Source of the DNA: Euglena gracilis
Lineage: Eukaryota
Length of the DNA stretch: 64,000 bases
Direction of reading: 5' to 3'
Assembly: GCA_039621445.1 (NCBI GenBank)
Contig: CP154954.1
Location: forward strand, 3,601,715 to 3,665,714
Shown here: positions 12,450-33,700 of the stretch, piece after piece
Numbering within the stretch: position 1 is the stretch's first letter
Layout: each line of letters begins with the position of its first letter
Made by a program: the position numbers and the translations under genes
Notes under the pieces: model-generated
The model's input: the letters and a program-made list of their open reading frames with translations, nothing else
Told to the model about the DNA's origin: nothing
Databases searched by the model: none

Positions 12450-13899
12450 CTTGATGGAAACTACACATGAATATATATCCACTATGAACACACAATAATA
12501 TTCCGACGGCAGCAAATTCACCCATGGTTATGAAACTGGCACGCACTCCTCTGGCTTACCCGTTCCTTTGCAGCTGTCTCACAATACTTGGGCAAAATGG
12601 GGGCCAAAATCTGGGACCCATTCTGGGGTCAATGTTACACACTCATGACTTCGAAAAACAAAAATTCAGAGAGAGAATTTATCCAGAAACAAAACGTAGA
12701 ACAAAATTGAAGTAACAATCCGAATGAGGCGGTCCAACTCAAATTACACATATTCGATGGTGTGGTTAAATCTGTTGGAGTAGTGGACCATTGCACCACT
12801 GTGCAATGCACTGTGTCCTCGGTACAGGAGAACAAGACGGGTTTGTTCTGTTGACAAATTCTTGCGTGCAGCGGAATTGTCAACGGTGTCAAAAAAATTT
12901 TGGCACAAAGAACCGAAAACTGAGGGAAACCCTGTCTTTGGCGGGGTAAACCCCCCCATTTGAGTGTGCAGTACCAGTGCCCAGTGTGCGGCCCCAAAAT
13001 GTGTGATGCCCAGATAAGTGTCACACCCCCCGAGGGTCCGAAAGTGGAATCCAAAAAAGTGCGCACCACCCAAAAAAAAATCCATTTTACATCAACTGCT
13101 TTCGCATAGTACCCAAATAAGTGTCACACCCTGGTCCGAAACTTGGGTCCAATGATGTGCGCACCCTGTGCACTTAAATGGGGGGGGGGGTGTAATCCAC
13201 TCAGCCCGAACCCCCTCCTGGGGGGGGGGGGTCGGACCCCCCCCCTCCCGACACGGAGGGGGGTGGGGGGGGTCCGGACCCCCTCCCAACATCTGGGGGT
13301 TTGGGTTTGGGTTTGCTTTGCCCTGCTGACGCGCAGTGCCCACGGTCAGCAGACCCAGCATGAGCACCAGGCCAGCTTCCGTGGGGCACACCCAGGGCCC
13401 GGGCACACTTGAACACCGGAGCAGGAAACTGTGACATCCAGCAGCCCAGCAGCCCAGCAGCCCAGAAGGCTTCAGGGGAGGGGTGGAAGCATGCCCATGA
13501 GGGCAGGCCGAGGGATGGTACAATGAAATTCAGGGGGGACAACACATTGTTGGGAGACAGAATAAAAAACACAGAAAAATGTGGTTATCGAGCTGCCCAA
13601 GTTGACGGCTGCTCCGCGGGGAGGCAGCATGTGGCTGCATGAACTGGACCAGATTCTAATGTCTTCCGCTGAAATTGGCAAGCTTTATGTTTTGCATTCT
13701 TTTGGGCATACGTGCGATGCCACTCTTGTGGAAACGAGCCTGGCTGTGACTTTCAGGGTGTCCTTCATGAGAATTCTTCAGTGGATCATGTTACTAGAAA
13801 GTAGCGAAAAAATTGTGCTGGCATTGTTGCCCTGTGGGGGGTGGCTCAGAGGTGGGTTTATGGTGAGTTAATGGCAGACCTCAGAGCAGCAGCAGCAAG

Positions 13900-15171
13900 C
13901 ACACAGTCGGGGCGGTGCTGGGTGTTGCAGCCGGCGGGTGCAGCCCAACCCCAGGACTTGGCGGCGCCCATGGTGGAGGGGGATGGCTGGCCGTGGTCCA
14001 CCTCCCCCCGCAGGATGAGGGGCGTGATCTTCGCCCTGATCCACTACGACGGGTGTCCAGTGGCAGACGGCGAATGGATCTGCAGCCATGTCGAGCGCGA
14101 CGATGAGCTGTCCTCTCGGCAGGTGGGACAGATGACCCCCTGCCGCTGATGCCGGGGCTGCCAACCTTTTCTCTCACCGTGGGCAGAACAAAATATCCCC
14201 CCACCGCAGAATGGACGGCATGAGCTCGCCCTAAAACGGAACTTGCCAGCGCAGCTGTGTCGGCCAGCACGAAACACGCGCCTCCTGCCTGTAGTGGACA
14301 ACGTTGGTGCACGCCAAGGACGACACTTCCAGCACATGCTGTATCTCCCAATGTCCCAGTGAAATCGACTGGTTCGACCCAGGTCGCCGGGAACAGAGGA
14401 CTCTACACACGATGCGTGGCATTTTGAACCCATTTGTGAAAAATATCGTCCTTCGCACCCACAATGTTCAAGCTCAGCCTGGTACTGCCGGGCTGGCCCC
14501 ATAATAACGCCATCGGATCTCCTCCCCCCAGGGATCCCTTGGAGGGCAGCTGCTGGCCCGGAAATGATTCCTGGCTGCTGGCTTAAGAAAACCACTGTCC
14601 CCCCCCAGCCGAAGAGGCAGTGTGCCATGGGCTGCTGGCTTTGAATTGGGCGGGGCGTTGTGCATGTGTTGCGCTCTCCCCAGTTTGCCGCCATCCTTGA
14701 CGACGTAGCCCAAAAAGCTTCCCGAACCCTGCCAGCCGGGAGCACGCCATTAGAGAGACCACTGTCTCAACCTGTAGCATGCGGAGGAGGCAATCTTGTA
14801 GCCAGCGGTGCCGGGCTGCACCCGTGGAGGGGATGGGGTGGAGGGCTCTCGTCGAGCATGCGGTGCTGCTGCTCCAGTCTGGGCTGCTAAGCCACACCGA
14901 GGCGGCACGTCAAAATTGTCTGCCCAACATTTGCGTCCTCACCACCTGCCCAGCCATGGGTACCGTGGACAGTCTCGGCCTGAGGTGTGACAGGCTGCCT
15001 CTGCCTCCACCAAATTCCTTGTGCCACTGGTGGAGTGCCTGCTGGTGCACCGGTTCAGCTAGCAGCCAACCCAATTTACCAACCTCTGCATGGGTGCAGA
15101 GGCGAGAACGGGTTTTTTCAGTTTGCCGGGACGCGCTCAGCCAAAGCTTCAACCCACACACCCCCTCCTAG
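13900..15171 (+). pseudogene. hAT-family transposase remnant
   Basis: C-terminal dimerisation-domain-like signature HWW...PTSA...(AEA)ERVFS at 15026-15125 with a 1-nt frameshift. DGW motif near 13981. Confidence 0.5.
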
Positions 15172-16892
15172 CGCATCTGGGGACTGCAAGGGTCATTGGC
15201 AATACTTCCTCTGGGGCGGCCAGAAAGAAGCTTCGAGAAGACGACAACAGCATATGCGACGGTGGGCGGTGGGCAGTTGGCAGCGGGCGGTGGCCATGTC
15301 CGCCACACCACTGGAGCAGGGGCACCCGCCGTCTGTGATGTCAGCAGCTACGGACTCCATGGTGGGGGCAGGAAAAAATAAATGTGACCCCTCAAACAAA
15401 GGCACAGGGCGGGGAGTGGGCAGACAGCAGGACCGAACCACTATGCCACTTCCCCAAGGAACATTTGCAGTGTGCCGATATGGCATCCTTTATTGTTTCT
15501 TATTTTTTTATTTTTGAAGTACTAAAATTGCTCGAAAACTGGACCGGACCCATAGAAATGCCTAACCCCATCCCACGGAGCTGGTGGGTTGGCAGGTAAT
15601 TTTTCAAGAGATTGTATTTGTGGCGCTGGACGGCAGCTCTTAAGGTTTAGCCCTGACAGAGAGAGAAATCTCAAGGGGTGCAAAATAAACAGGTAGCTCC
15701 AGTTTACTTTGCACGACTTCAACAAGCACAATTTTGAACACAGACCCACAGTTGAGGGCAATGAAATTGCCAATACTGACACACACCTGGGATGCCCCTC
15801 ATCATGAAGCATTTGACCCGAGGAGAACTCCTAAAGGGGGACCTTTAACTGTTTAAACACTGTGCAATGCTTGATTTGAGTGATGCCTCGGTCTGGATTG
15901 ACCCTGGATTGAAATGTATTACTCCAGCGGGATTCGGGAGGAAAATGAATTTAAATCCAACCAAGTCAAACGCCGACTTTGCCTGTGGGTGGCCCAGGTC
16001 ATAAAGCAGAGGTGGCACAACCGAAATAATGCAGGCCCAAGGAATCCACTTCTTCACCGGCACGGCACAGTCGGTGAATAAGTCAGGGTGGACCACCAGC
16101 TCCAAAACACCCAGAGGAGTCTGGTCAGTCGAACGATCGGTCCGGAAGAAACAGCAGGTCCAGCTGGGGGTCATCTCGCCGAGAAGCACTCACTGGCCCA
16201 CGAGGCAAGAGGCATGGAGCAGGTTGGTGACCAGCACAGGAGAGCCTTCACACCCCAGCACCAGGGCAAGGCCGGCAGTTTGAAATGGGGGGGGGGGGTC
16301 TCACCAATCAGCGAGGATTTAGATTGGACGTCCACAGCATTGTTGCCAACTGTCCAAGAGTCAGGACAGCGTTGCCATCAGCGCACCTTCCGAAATCAGA
16401 GGGGCGGATACAGAACCACACAGCTGCAAGATATTATCGGACCCAACCTAATCGGGGAGGCTCAGCTGGCGGCTGCACACACAACAGGTGCAGGGTGCAC
16501 AGCGAGTCCGTCAGGAGCTGCTACTAGGGCCAGAGGGTCGCAGTAGGCGCGCGATAACCAGCCAGCATTAGTGCATGGTGCCATGTGTGTCAAGGATGTG
16601 CAGCAGAATGATCTGCTCCATGTCGAGTGCCGGACATCGGCACCACTCCTGGGGATGGCGAGCGACCTATCCCTCCTTCCATGAAGACCACAGGGGCAAC
16701 AGGGACTCAAAAGAGGGCTGTAACAGTGCCCACGGGAGCGGGCATTACCTCAGTAGTACTGTGGCAAGGCGGATTTAAGCGACAGGAGTGAAATTACTCC
16801 GTGGCGCTCCAGTGAGCCCAGGGGGAGGGGTGATGGTGGGGGCAGCAGCTGCGCTGCACGGCAAGTTGCGCTGCGTTGCGGCAAATGGTGGT

Positions 16893-18913
16893 TCTGTTGG
16901 ATGGCCCCAGAAGAGGTGCGGTCGGAAGAACACCACAGTCATGTTGGACGGCCCCAGATGAAGTTCAGTCGGATGAACACCAGACACTTGTTGGAAAGCC
17001 CCAGTGGAAGTTTGGTTTGATGAACACCGCAGACTTGTTGGACGGCCCCAGTTGAAGTTCGGCTGGATGAACACCACAGACTTGTTGGACGGCCCCAGAA
17101 GGAGTTAGGTTTGATGAACACCACAGACTTGTTGGACGGCCCCAGAAGGAGTTCGGTTTGATGAACACCACAGACTTGTTGGACGGCCCCAGATGAAGTT
17201 CGTTTGGATGAACACCACAGACTTGTTGGATGGCCCCAGATGACGGTTGGATGAACACCACAGACTTGTTGGACGGCCCCAGATGAAGTTCGGTTGGATG
17301 AACACCACAGACTTGTTGGACGGCCCCAGATGAAGTTCGGTTGGATGAACACCACAGACTTGTTGGACGGCCCCAGATGAAGTTCGGTCGGATGAACACC
17401 ACAGACTTGATGGACAGCCCCAGATGAAGTTCGGTTGGATGAACACCACAGACGTGTTTGACGGCCCTAGATGAAGGTCGGTTGGATGAACACCACAGAC
17501 TTGTTGGACGGCCCCAGTTGAAGTTCGGTTGGATGAACACCACAGACTTGTTGGACGGCCCCAGATGAAGTTCGGTTGGATGAACACCACAGACTGGTTG
17601 GACGGCCCCAGATGAAGTTTCGTCGGATGAACACCACAGACTGGTTGGACGGCCCCCAGTTGAAGTTCGGTCGGATGAACACCACAGACTTGATGGACAG
17701 CCCCAGATGAAGTTCGGTTGGATGAACACCATAGACTTGTTGGACGGCCCCCAGTTGAAGTTCGGTCGGATGAACACCACAGACTTGTTGGACGGCCCCA
17801 GAAGAAGTTCGGTTGGATGAACACCACAGACTTGTTGGACGGCCCCAGAAGAAGTACGGTCGGATGAACACCACAGACTTGTTCGACGGCCCCAGTTGAA
17901 GTTTCGTCGGATGAACACCGCAGACTTTTTGGACGGTCCCAATTGAACTTCGGTCGGATGAACACCACAGACTTGTTGGACGGCCCCAGAAGAAGTTCGG
18001 TCCGATGAACACCGCAGACTTGTTGGACGGCCCCAGAAGAAGTTCGGTTGGATGAACACCACAGACTTGTTGGACAGCCCCAGATGAAGTTCGGTCGGAT
18101 GAACACCACAGACTTGTTGGACGGCCCCAGTTGAAGTTCGGTCGGATGAACACCACAGACTTGTTGGACGGCCCCAGAAGAAGTTCGGTTGGATGAACAC
18201 CACAGACTTGTTGGACGGCCCCAGAAGAAGTACGGTCGGATGAACACCACAGACTTGTTCGACGGTCCCAATTGAACTTCGGTCGGATGAACACCACAGA
18301 CTTGTTGGACGGCCCCAGAAGAAGTTCGGTTGGATGAACACCGCAGACTTGTTGGACAGCCCCAGATGAAGGTCGGTTGGATGAACACCACAGACTTGTT
18401 GGACAGCCCCAGAAGAAGTTCGGTTGGATGAACACCGCAGACTTGTTGGACAGCCCCAGATGAAGGTCGGTTGGATGAACACCACAGACTTGTTGGACAG
18501 CCCCAGATGAAGTTCGGTCGGATGAACACCAGACACTGGTTGGACGGCCCCAGATGAAGTTCGGTCGGATGAACACCACAGACTTGTTGGAAAGCCCCAG
18601 ATGAAGTTCGGTTGGATGAACACCACAGACGTGTTGGATGGCCCCAGAAGGAGTTCGGTTTGATGAACACCACAGACTTGTTGGACGGCCCCAGATGAAG
18701 TTCGGTCGGATGAACACCACAGACGTGTTGGACGGCCCCAGAAGAAGATCGGTTGGATGAGCACCACAGTCTTGTTGGACGGCCCCAATTGAACTTCGGT
18801 TGGATGAACACCACAGACTTGTTGGACGGCCCCAGAAGAAATTCGTTTGGATGAACACCACAGACTTTTTGGATGGCCCCAGAAGGAGTTCGGTTTGATG
18901 AACACCACAGACT
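16893..18913. repeat. 47-bp tandem repeat array (~43 units)
   Basis: Unit GGATGAACACCACAGACTTGTTGGACGGCCCCAGATGAAGTTCGGTT. Period 47, e.g. 17281 to 17328. Confidence 0.97.
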
Positions 18914-21389
18914 CCAACATCTGGGGGGGTTGGGACCTCCCCCCCCCCCCCTACCACCTTACCCCCCCAGGGGGGGGGGGGTGGTCGGGACCCCCCCCCC
19001 TACCACCTACCTCAATACCGAAAGGCTTCCCATCCATCCCTGCTCCCGGAGGGGGGGGTGCTCGGCCCAGACCCATCCACCCCCCCCTCCCTGCCCTAGG
19101 TCACCAAACTTCAAAAAACCTTCTGGGTCCAATGCCCATGCAATTTTGTGCCTTGGGCTCCACACCACAAATGCACCTCCACCTTCAGGGGAAAATTTGG
19201 TGTGCGTGAAGGCACTGATGGACCCGGGTCCGCCCACCATTGAAAATTGCAAGAAAAAATTGCTTTTAAGATTTTTCCTCTTGGAAGAAGATTCTGCCCG
19301 AAGGGGGGGGGGGCGGAAACACCCCACCAGGATGGGGCTGGCCAACCGACAGGGTTACGGTAGGAGGAGGCTCTCGAGCCTCCTCAGACGCGTTCAAGGC
19401 ACAGTTCAGCCTCCTCGAAAATATCCTCGAACACATTCGAGGCAGTCTCGAGGAGGCTCAGGAGTCTCCTGAACGTGCCTCGAACATGATTAGGCTGAAG
19501 AGAAATTTCCAACTAATTACCTGCATGAAAACTCGCTTTGTTGCCATGTTCTTTTGTAAACAAATGTTCGGAGGACTCCAAAATGACAAAATCTCTTATG
19601 TTTCACATGCCTGTGTGTGCAACTCCCATTTGGTGCCCATGTCGTTTTGTACGCAACTGTTCGGAGGGTCAAAAAAGCAATATCCTTTAAGTTGCATACA
19701 TCCTGTGCGTGCATCTCCAATTTGTTGTGCAAGGCCTCTGTGTGGGCAACTTTTCACAAAGAGCCTGAAGACACCTCTGTGCGTGTACGTAGGTGGAGCC
19801 TCCTCGAACGCGTTCCAGGCACGTTCAAGGAGGCTTGATAGCTTCTTTGAATGCGTTCGAGGCACGTTCGAGGCACGTTCGGGGGGGAATTAAAAACGTT
19901 GGAGGAGGTTTGAGCTTGAACCTCCTTATGGTAACCCCCCAGCCAACCCCCCAGGCAAGGCACCACCACATACTCACTGAGTTCCCCACCTCGTGGCAGC
20001 GTTTCCCCAGGCCAACAGCCCCCCCAGGTCACACCCACCCACCCACCCACCCAAAATCAGCCAAAAACCCTTGAATTTTCTTTCCATCCCGGCCTTCGCC
20101 GCAACCGCAGGGTTGAGTTGAGTTGAGTTGATCCATGGGCATAATCAATGTTTGTAACGCCTTCCAGCACTCCCTCTGCAAACCACAGAAAAAAGATAAG
20201 CTTTAAGCAACACCCTTGTGACTGTGGAAATGCTTAAATATGAAATATATCTTTTTCCGATATTTTTTGGATTTATATCCACTTTATTTTTTTATTTTTT
20301 TATTTATTATTATTATTATTTTCTATTTTTATTATATACTTTATATATTTTTTGGATCAGATTTGTATCCACTTTTTTTGCATCATAACTGGGGTTTTTG
20401 TGATAATTATTTGTTCATTTGAAAAATCTTGCACATCAGACCTGTTTTCGGCCCACAGGAAGACTTTTCCAGCCAAAGTCCCCCCCCCCCCCCGACCGGG
20501 GTTAGGGCTGCACAGGAAGGCCTGTGGGGGGGGGTCACCCCAATCTGGGAGGTGGGGGGTCGACCCCCCCGCCCACCATGAAACCGGGCAAGTAAAATTC
20601 TCCTTTGGGGCCAAAGGAAATTTTGACCCAAAAATCGACACATGGGAGACGTGGGGGGTCAGACCCCCCAACCCCCCCCCCCCGTTCACCACCCATACGG
20701 TTCCCGAACAGTCCTGCCGGGGGGATGGTTGTTGGGCATAGGGTTATGACACCAGAAGGTGTCCTCCGACTGGGGGACCGTCGTCAGATAAGACGTCAAA
20801 AAATACATGGACCAGCCAAACCTTCGAAAGAAGTCCCTCGACTGGGCGGGGGGGATAATCATAGGGGGGGGGGGGTAGCAAAAGGTAGTTGTTGGACATG
20901 AGGGGTAGCAAAACTCCCAAAAAAAAACTTTTGGGACCCCCAAAATTACAAACCTTGGTGTTTTCAGCAACCACCCAGAAAGCGACCGAGGGCTATTTGA
21001 AGGAGGAGTTGAACTTCAAATTCCTGAATACCCTTCGTGAGCCATACCACAGGGCAAACAAAGGAGAGAAAGAGCTAATCGCAGGTGGACCATGCCACCG
21101 GACATTCAACAAGAAACCCTTTTGATGGACCATTGTTGCAGTTCGCAGTCGCATCACATGCCTGAGCATTTCCTTGGGAGCCCGGCTGGGCACCTTCTGC
21201 ACTGAATCTAATGAAGGCTCAGAACCCAAGCTCACTGCGAACCGGCTCCAGGCTGGGAGAAGGCTGTGCTGCCTCCCTGGGCTCTCGGGCGAAGCAAGGC
21301 GCGGCACGGGTGGCGGGGGGGTCCTACACTGCGCCGGCCAGGGGGCTCGATGTCTGGGGGCCTGGGGTTTCAACGGGGACCTCGCCAGC

Positions 21390-30174
<8,785 letters not shown>

Positions 30175-30620
30175 TTTTTAATACCTGGACTATCTAAGGC
30201 CAGGGGGGATATGCAACGAGGCACCTCAAAATATGCAATGCAAAAAAATGAAAAAAAAATGCAAATGATGCAACTTATGTCCCCCCTGGATGCAGCAAAC
30301 CTTTTGTGCATGATGGAGGTGCGCTCCAGCAAGCGTTGTGCCCTTTCTTGAGAGGGGCTACCCAGGTTCTTGGGCAAAGTTGGAGATTGTGAATCATTCA
30401 AGGATCAAAACCTTTGACTCGATCTGGACAAAAGATCGAGAACGTGGATGGGCAGGATCCAGCCCAACGTTTGAAAGCAAAGGAAGAAGAAGAAGAGGAA
30501 TAACAATTGTTGCCTCCTGAATCGAGTGGAACAGCGTACTGCGTGGAACAGGTACACGACAGCTCACTGGGTACGGGTGCCTGGGTCGGGCTCTCCCTCG
30601 CCGCGCGGCGCGGCGCTCGC

Positions 30621-30764
30621 TCACTTTTCCGTGAAGTGGAACACGCCGTCCCACGGCCGGCCGGCCTCCGTGTGCTCCAGCTGGGCGGCCAAGGCGGCCC
30701 ACGCCTTGTCCGGCGGGTCCAGCAGCGGATTGGCCGCCAGCAGCTGCCGCGCCCGTTGGTGGTC
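30621..30764 (-). CDS. Adenylate cyclase terminal exon (copy 1)
   Basis: DHQRARQLLAANPLLDPPDKAWAALAAQLEHTEAGRPWDGVFHFTEK*. Confidence 0.85.
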   Translation of the reverse strand, partial: DHQRARQLLAANPLLDPPDKAWAALAAQLEHTEAGRPWDGVFHFTEK

Positions 30765-33700
30765 CCCAGCAGCCCGCTCTGCAGCCTAAACTTTGGGGAG
30801 GGGGACAATCATCCAAACCTTGTGTGCGTGGACCAGACAATTTGCGGAGTTTGGGCCTGCCAAAATGAATGCTTCGCCTTGTTCAGAGAGCGGGTGCCTG
30901 GCAGCATTTTCCACCGCACAGCAAACGCCATTGTAAGGGTAATCTCATGTGCCTCGGATGCTTTAATTGGATGCCAGGTGCCATCTTAAGAACTTTAAAC
31001 TTTTTTTGTGCAGAAAAAAATCAAAAAACGTCTGTGCAGGAAAAAAGGCGAAGTAAAAAGGGTCTTGCAAAAGAAACAGGGTTCAAGGAGCACAGAAAGA
31101 GAGCTCTTGGGAGGATCGTCTTGGAGTCCGGTGGAAGAAAACAAAGCATAGAAAACTCCAGAACATCTGTCACCAAAACCTTGGATAATTACCCTTTGAA
31201 TTGTGTTGAACTGAATTACCTTTGAATTGAACTGAGTTGTCCCCAAGGAAAAAAACGGCAGCACCTAACCACCGCCCCCCCCCCCCCCCAGGGAGGGCCC
31301 AATGCTCAAAAGGGTCCACACCTGTGTGTTTAAGAAATAGCTCGGACCCGAATTTGCCTATGTTTTTGTGCTCCCCACGGGGGATGTGGTCAGGGTTGGG
31401 CCAAAGTTAGGAGGTTAGGCCAGAATCGGGCCAAAAGGCCTCAAGGCCTGAACCCTAACCCTAAACCAATTCCCAACGCTAACCCCAACCCTCTCCCCAA
31501 GACCAAACCCCACACTGCGAGCAGGCCTTCCATGCTGCACATTTTTCAAGGACATCGTGATCACTTTTGGAACGACAATTGCAACCCTAAGCCTATTCCT
31601 AAAAACAACAGAACAGGAGACAACTTCTGGGGTGCCGTTAGATAAAAAGTTGACATCCTCCGACACAAACAATTGTCCCATGTAGGAAGAGTTTCCCATG
31701 GAGGAGGGGGTATCGGTGGGGAAGAGGTTTATACGAGGGGTGGTGATAAATGTTTGGGGGGGGGTTTAGCCACCCCACTTATCCTCGGTGCCTGCATGTG
31801 TGCAGTATTCACAGTGTATGCATGTATTTGGGTAACAACCATGCCCGGTGGCCTCCCCGCACCACCGGGATGGCGCCGGTCCGTCCGGAGCCCCCCTGTC
31901 CTGTTTAATGTAACCGGCTGTGTGCATATATGTATGCCCCTCGGTTGGAGGACAGAGATGGGAAATGGGGGGGGGGACGGGAAGGCCTGGTGAGGTGGGG
32001 TGGACCCCCCTACCCGCTGGGAGGTGGGGGTCCAACCCACCACCCACCACTCACAGGGTTGCAGGGATTCCTGTGCAGGGATTCCTGATTCCTGGGAGGG
32101 GTACTGCTAAGCTGTCCTCTTAGGACCCTTCCCCCTCCCTTGAACCCACTGACCTGCCTATGGAATGGGGAATGTCAAATGGAATTTTTCAACAAATTTT
32201 GTTTTAAAGAAGGGATTTGGAGGGTGTTTTGGGGTCATTCTGGGTGGGGCAGGGCTGTACGGGAAGGCATGGTGGGGGTCGATCGACCCCCACCCAGAAG
32301 GTGGGGGGTCACACACGATGGCACCACGCAGGGAAAAAACCACACAAATTTTGACCTAAAAATTGGTGTCCCCAGAAATACGGGAAAGGGTGTGGGAGTG
32401 GTCAGACTCCCCTACCCACCAGGTTGGAAGGGGGATGACCCCCCCCACCCACCCTCCCACTCATGGTTTGGGGATTCTCGCCCTGGGATGAGGCGGCACA
32501 GCAGGCTGTCTGCCCGCCACTATTGAGGCGTATGCCTGCTCATACCGCGCTGACGACTGCAGCAGCGTCAGGCGGTCCACGAGGGTCCAGTGGTAGGTCG
32601 CCTGGCTGGGGGCAGGCCGGGGATGAGAGAGGTCTGAGGACTGTGTGGGAAGGCCTGGGGGGTTGCCCCCCCCCCCCCCACCCGGGAGGGGTGGGGTCGA
32701 ATACCCCCACAAACGGTGTCGCCGAGCAAGGAAAAATTCCTTTGTTGCCAAAGAAACTTTCACCTAAAAAGTGCCCTGGGAGGGGGGGGGGAAACGGGAA
32801 GGAGGTGGGGGGTTTGGGGGACCCCCATGACAGGTATGGGGGGGCACCACCACCGCCAATTGGTTTCAGGGAGTTGTCTAGGGGAACGTCTTCAGAAATC
32901 ATATGACCCTCCACATGAGTTGTTCTGTCAGGATAAAACTCAGTGAATGGACGTTTGAAAGAAAATTTCCAAACTCCTTGTTTCATGCATTATATATGTC
33001 ACTCATAATATACAACACATATGCACTTAAATGTGGAAGTCTGAGTGAGAAAGGTTTTGCAATGTCGTGTGCTGTGGTCAAAATAGATCCAGATTCCCAC
33101 CAAGGAACTTGGCAGCACGTATCGTCCTCACCTTGCACCCGAGGAAGATCTCTGCAAATCTGCACCGTTGGGAAGCGGTCACCCAGCCATTTGGCTGTGG
33201 GGACAAGGCGACGTTTGAGCGGGCCACAGACCAGACTTGCAATTATCCCGAGCTATCGCACGTCCTGGATTGGCCGCAGCGTATGAACAGAAGCAAAGCA
33301 AGACATTGCCTTCTCCCGGGCCATGGACAGGACCGCAGGACTCTGACCCCTCCTCCATGCTGACGCTGCCGACTTGAATGTAGGAATGCTCTCCGGGCCA
33401 CAGCAGGGAGGCCCACCCACACAACCCAGGGGGAAGACCATGGGAATCGCCAGAGATGGCAACGACCGAGTGCGGTGTGCAGCTGGACAGTGGCGGGAAT
33501 TGCTTTCCGTCAGTCCATGTCGGGAAGTGTCGTGTCGCACCACAAACCACCCCAAGGCCCAACCGCTTTGCGAAGGCTCAGAGATTTCTCCCCCTGCCCA
33601 CATGGCTGGGAACTGTGGTTGCATGGACAAAGCCCCCGCATCGGGCGGCTGGAAAAATAAAAGTCGTCGATGAGGGAGGAGGGGTCCAAGGCTGGAGAAA

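Larger units (their letters stand above)
13200..19010 (+). mobile_element. Decayed long hAT-like element carrying a 47-bp satellite (ends not defined)
   Basis: 13297-13465 is homologous to 25833-25993 of the TIR element. It carries the same satellite and a transposase remnant. Confidence 0.6.

Noticed and set aside
16893-18913. CRISPR-like periodicity
   Set aside because: Contiguous 47-bp tandem units with no unique spacers, no cas genes, and a eukaryotic context.
16965-18957. 500-650 aa minus-strand ORFs (also 25971-27146)
   Set aside because: Open in all three frames because the 47-bp unit lacks stops on that strand; an artefact of the satellite.
31450-31500. True telomere
   Set aside because: Only a few degenerate TAACCC units, located inside an intron.
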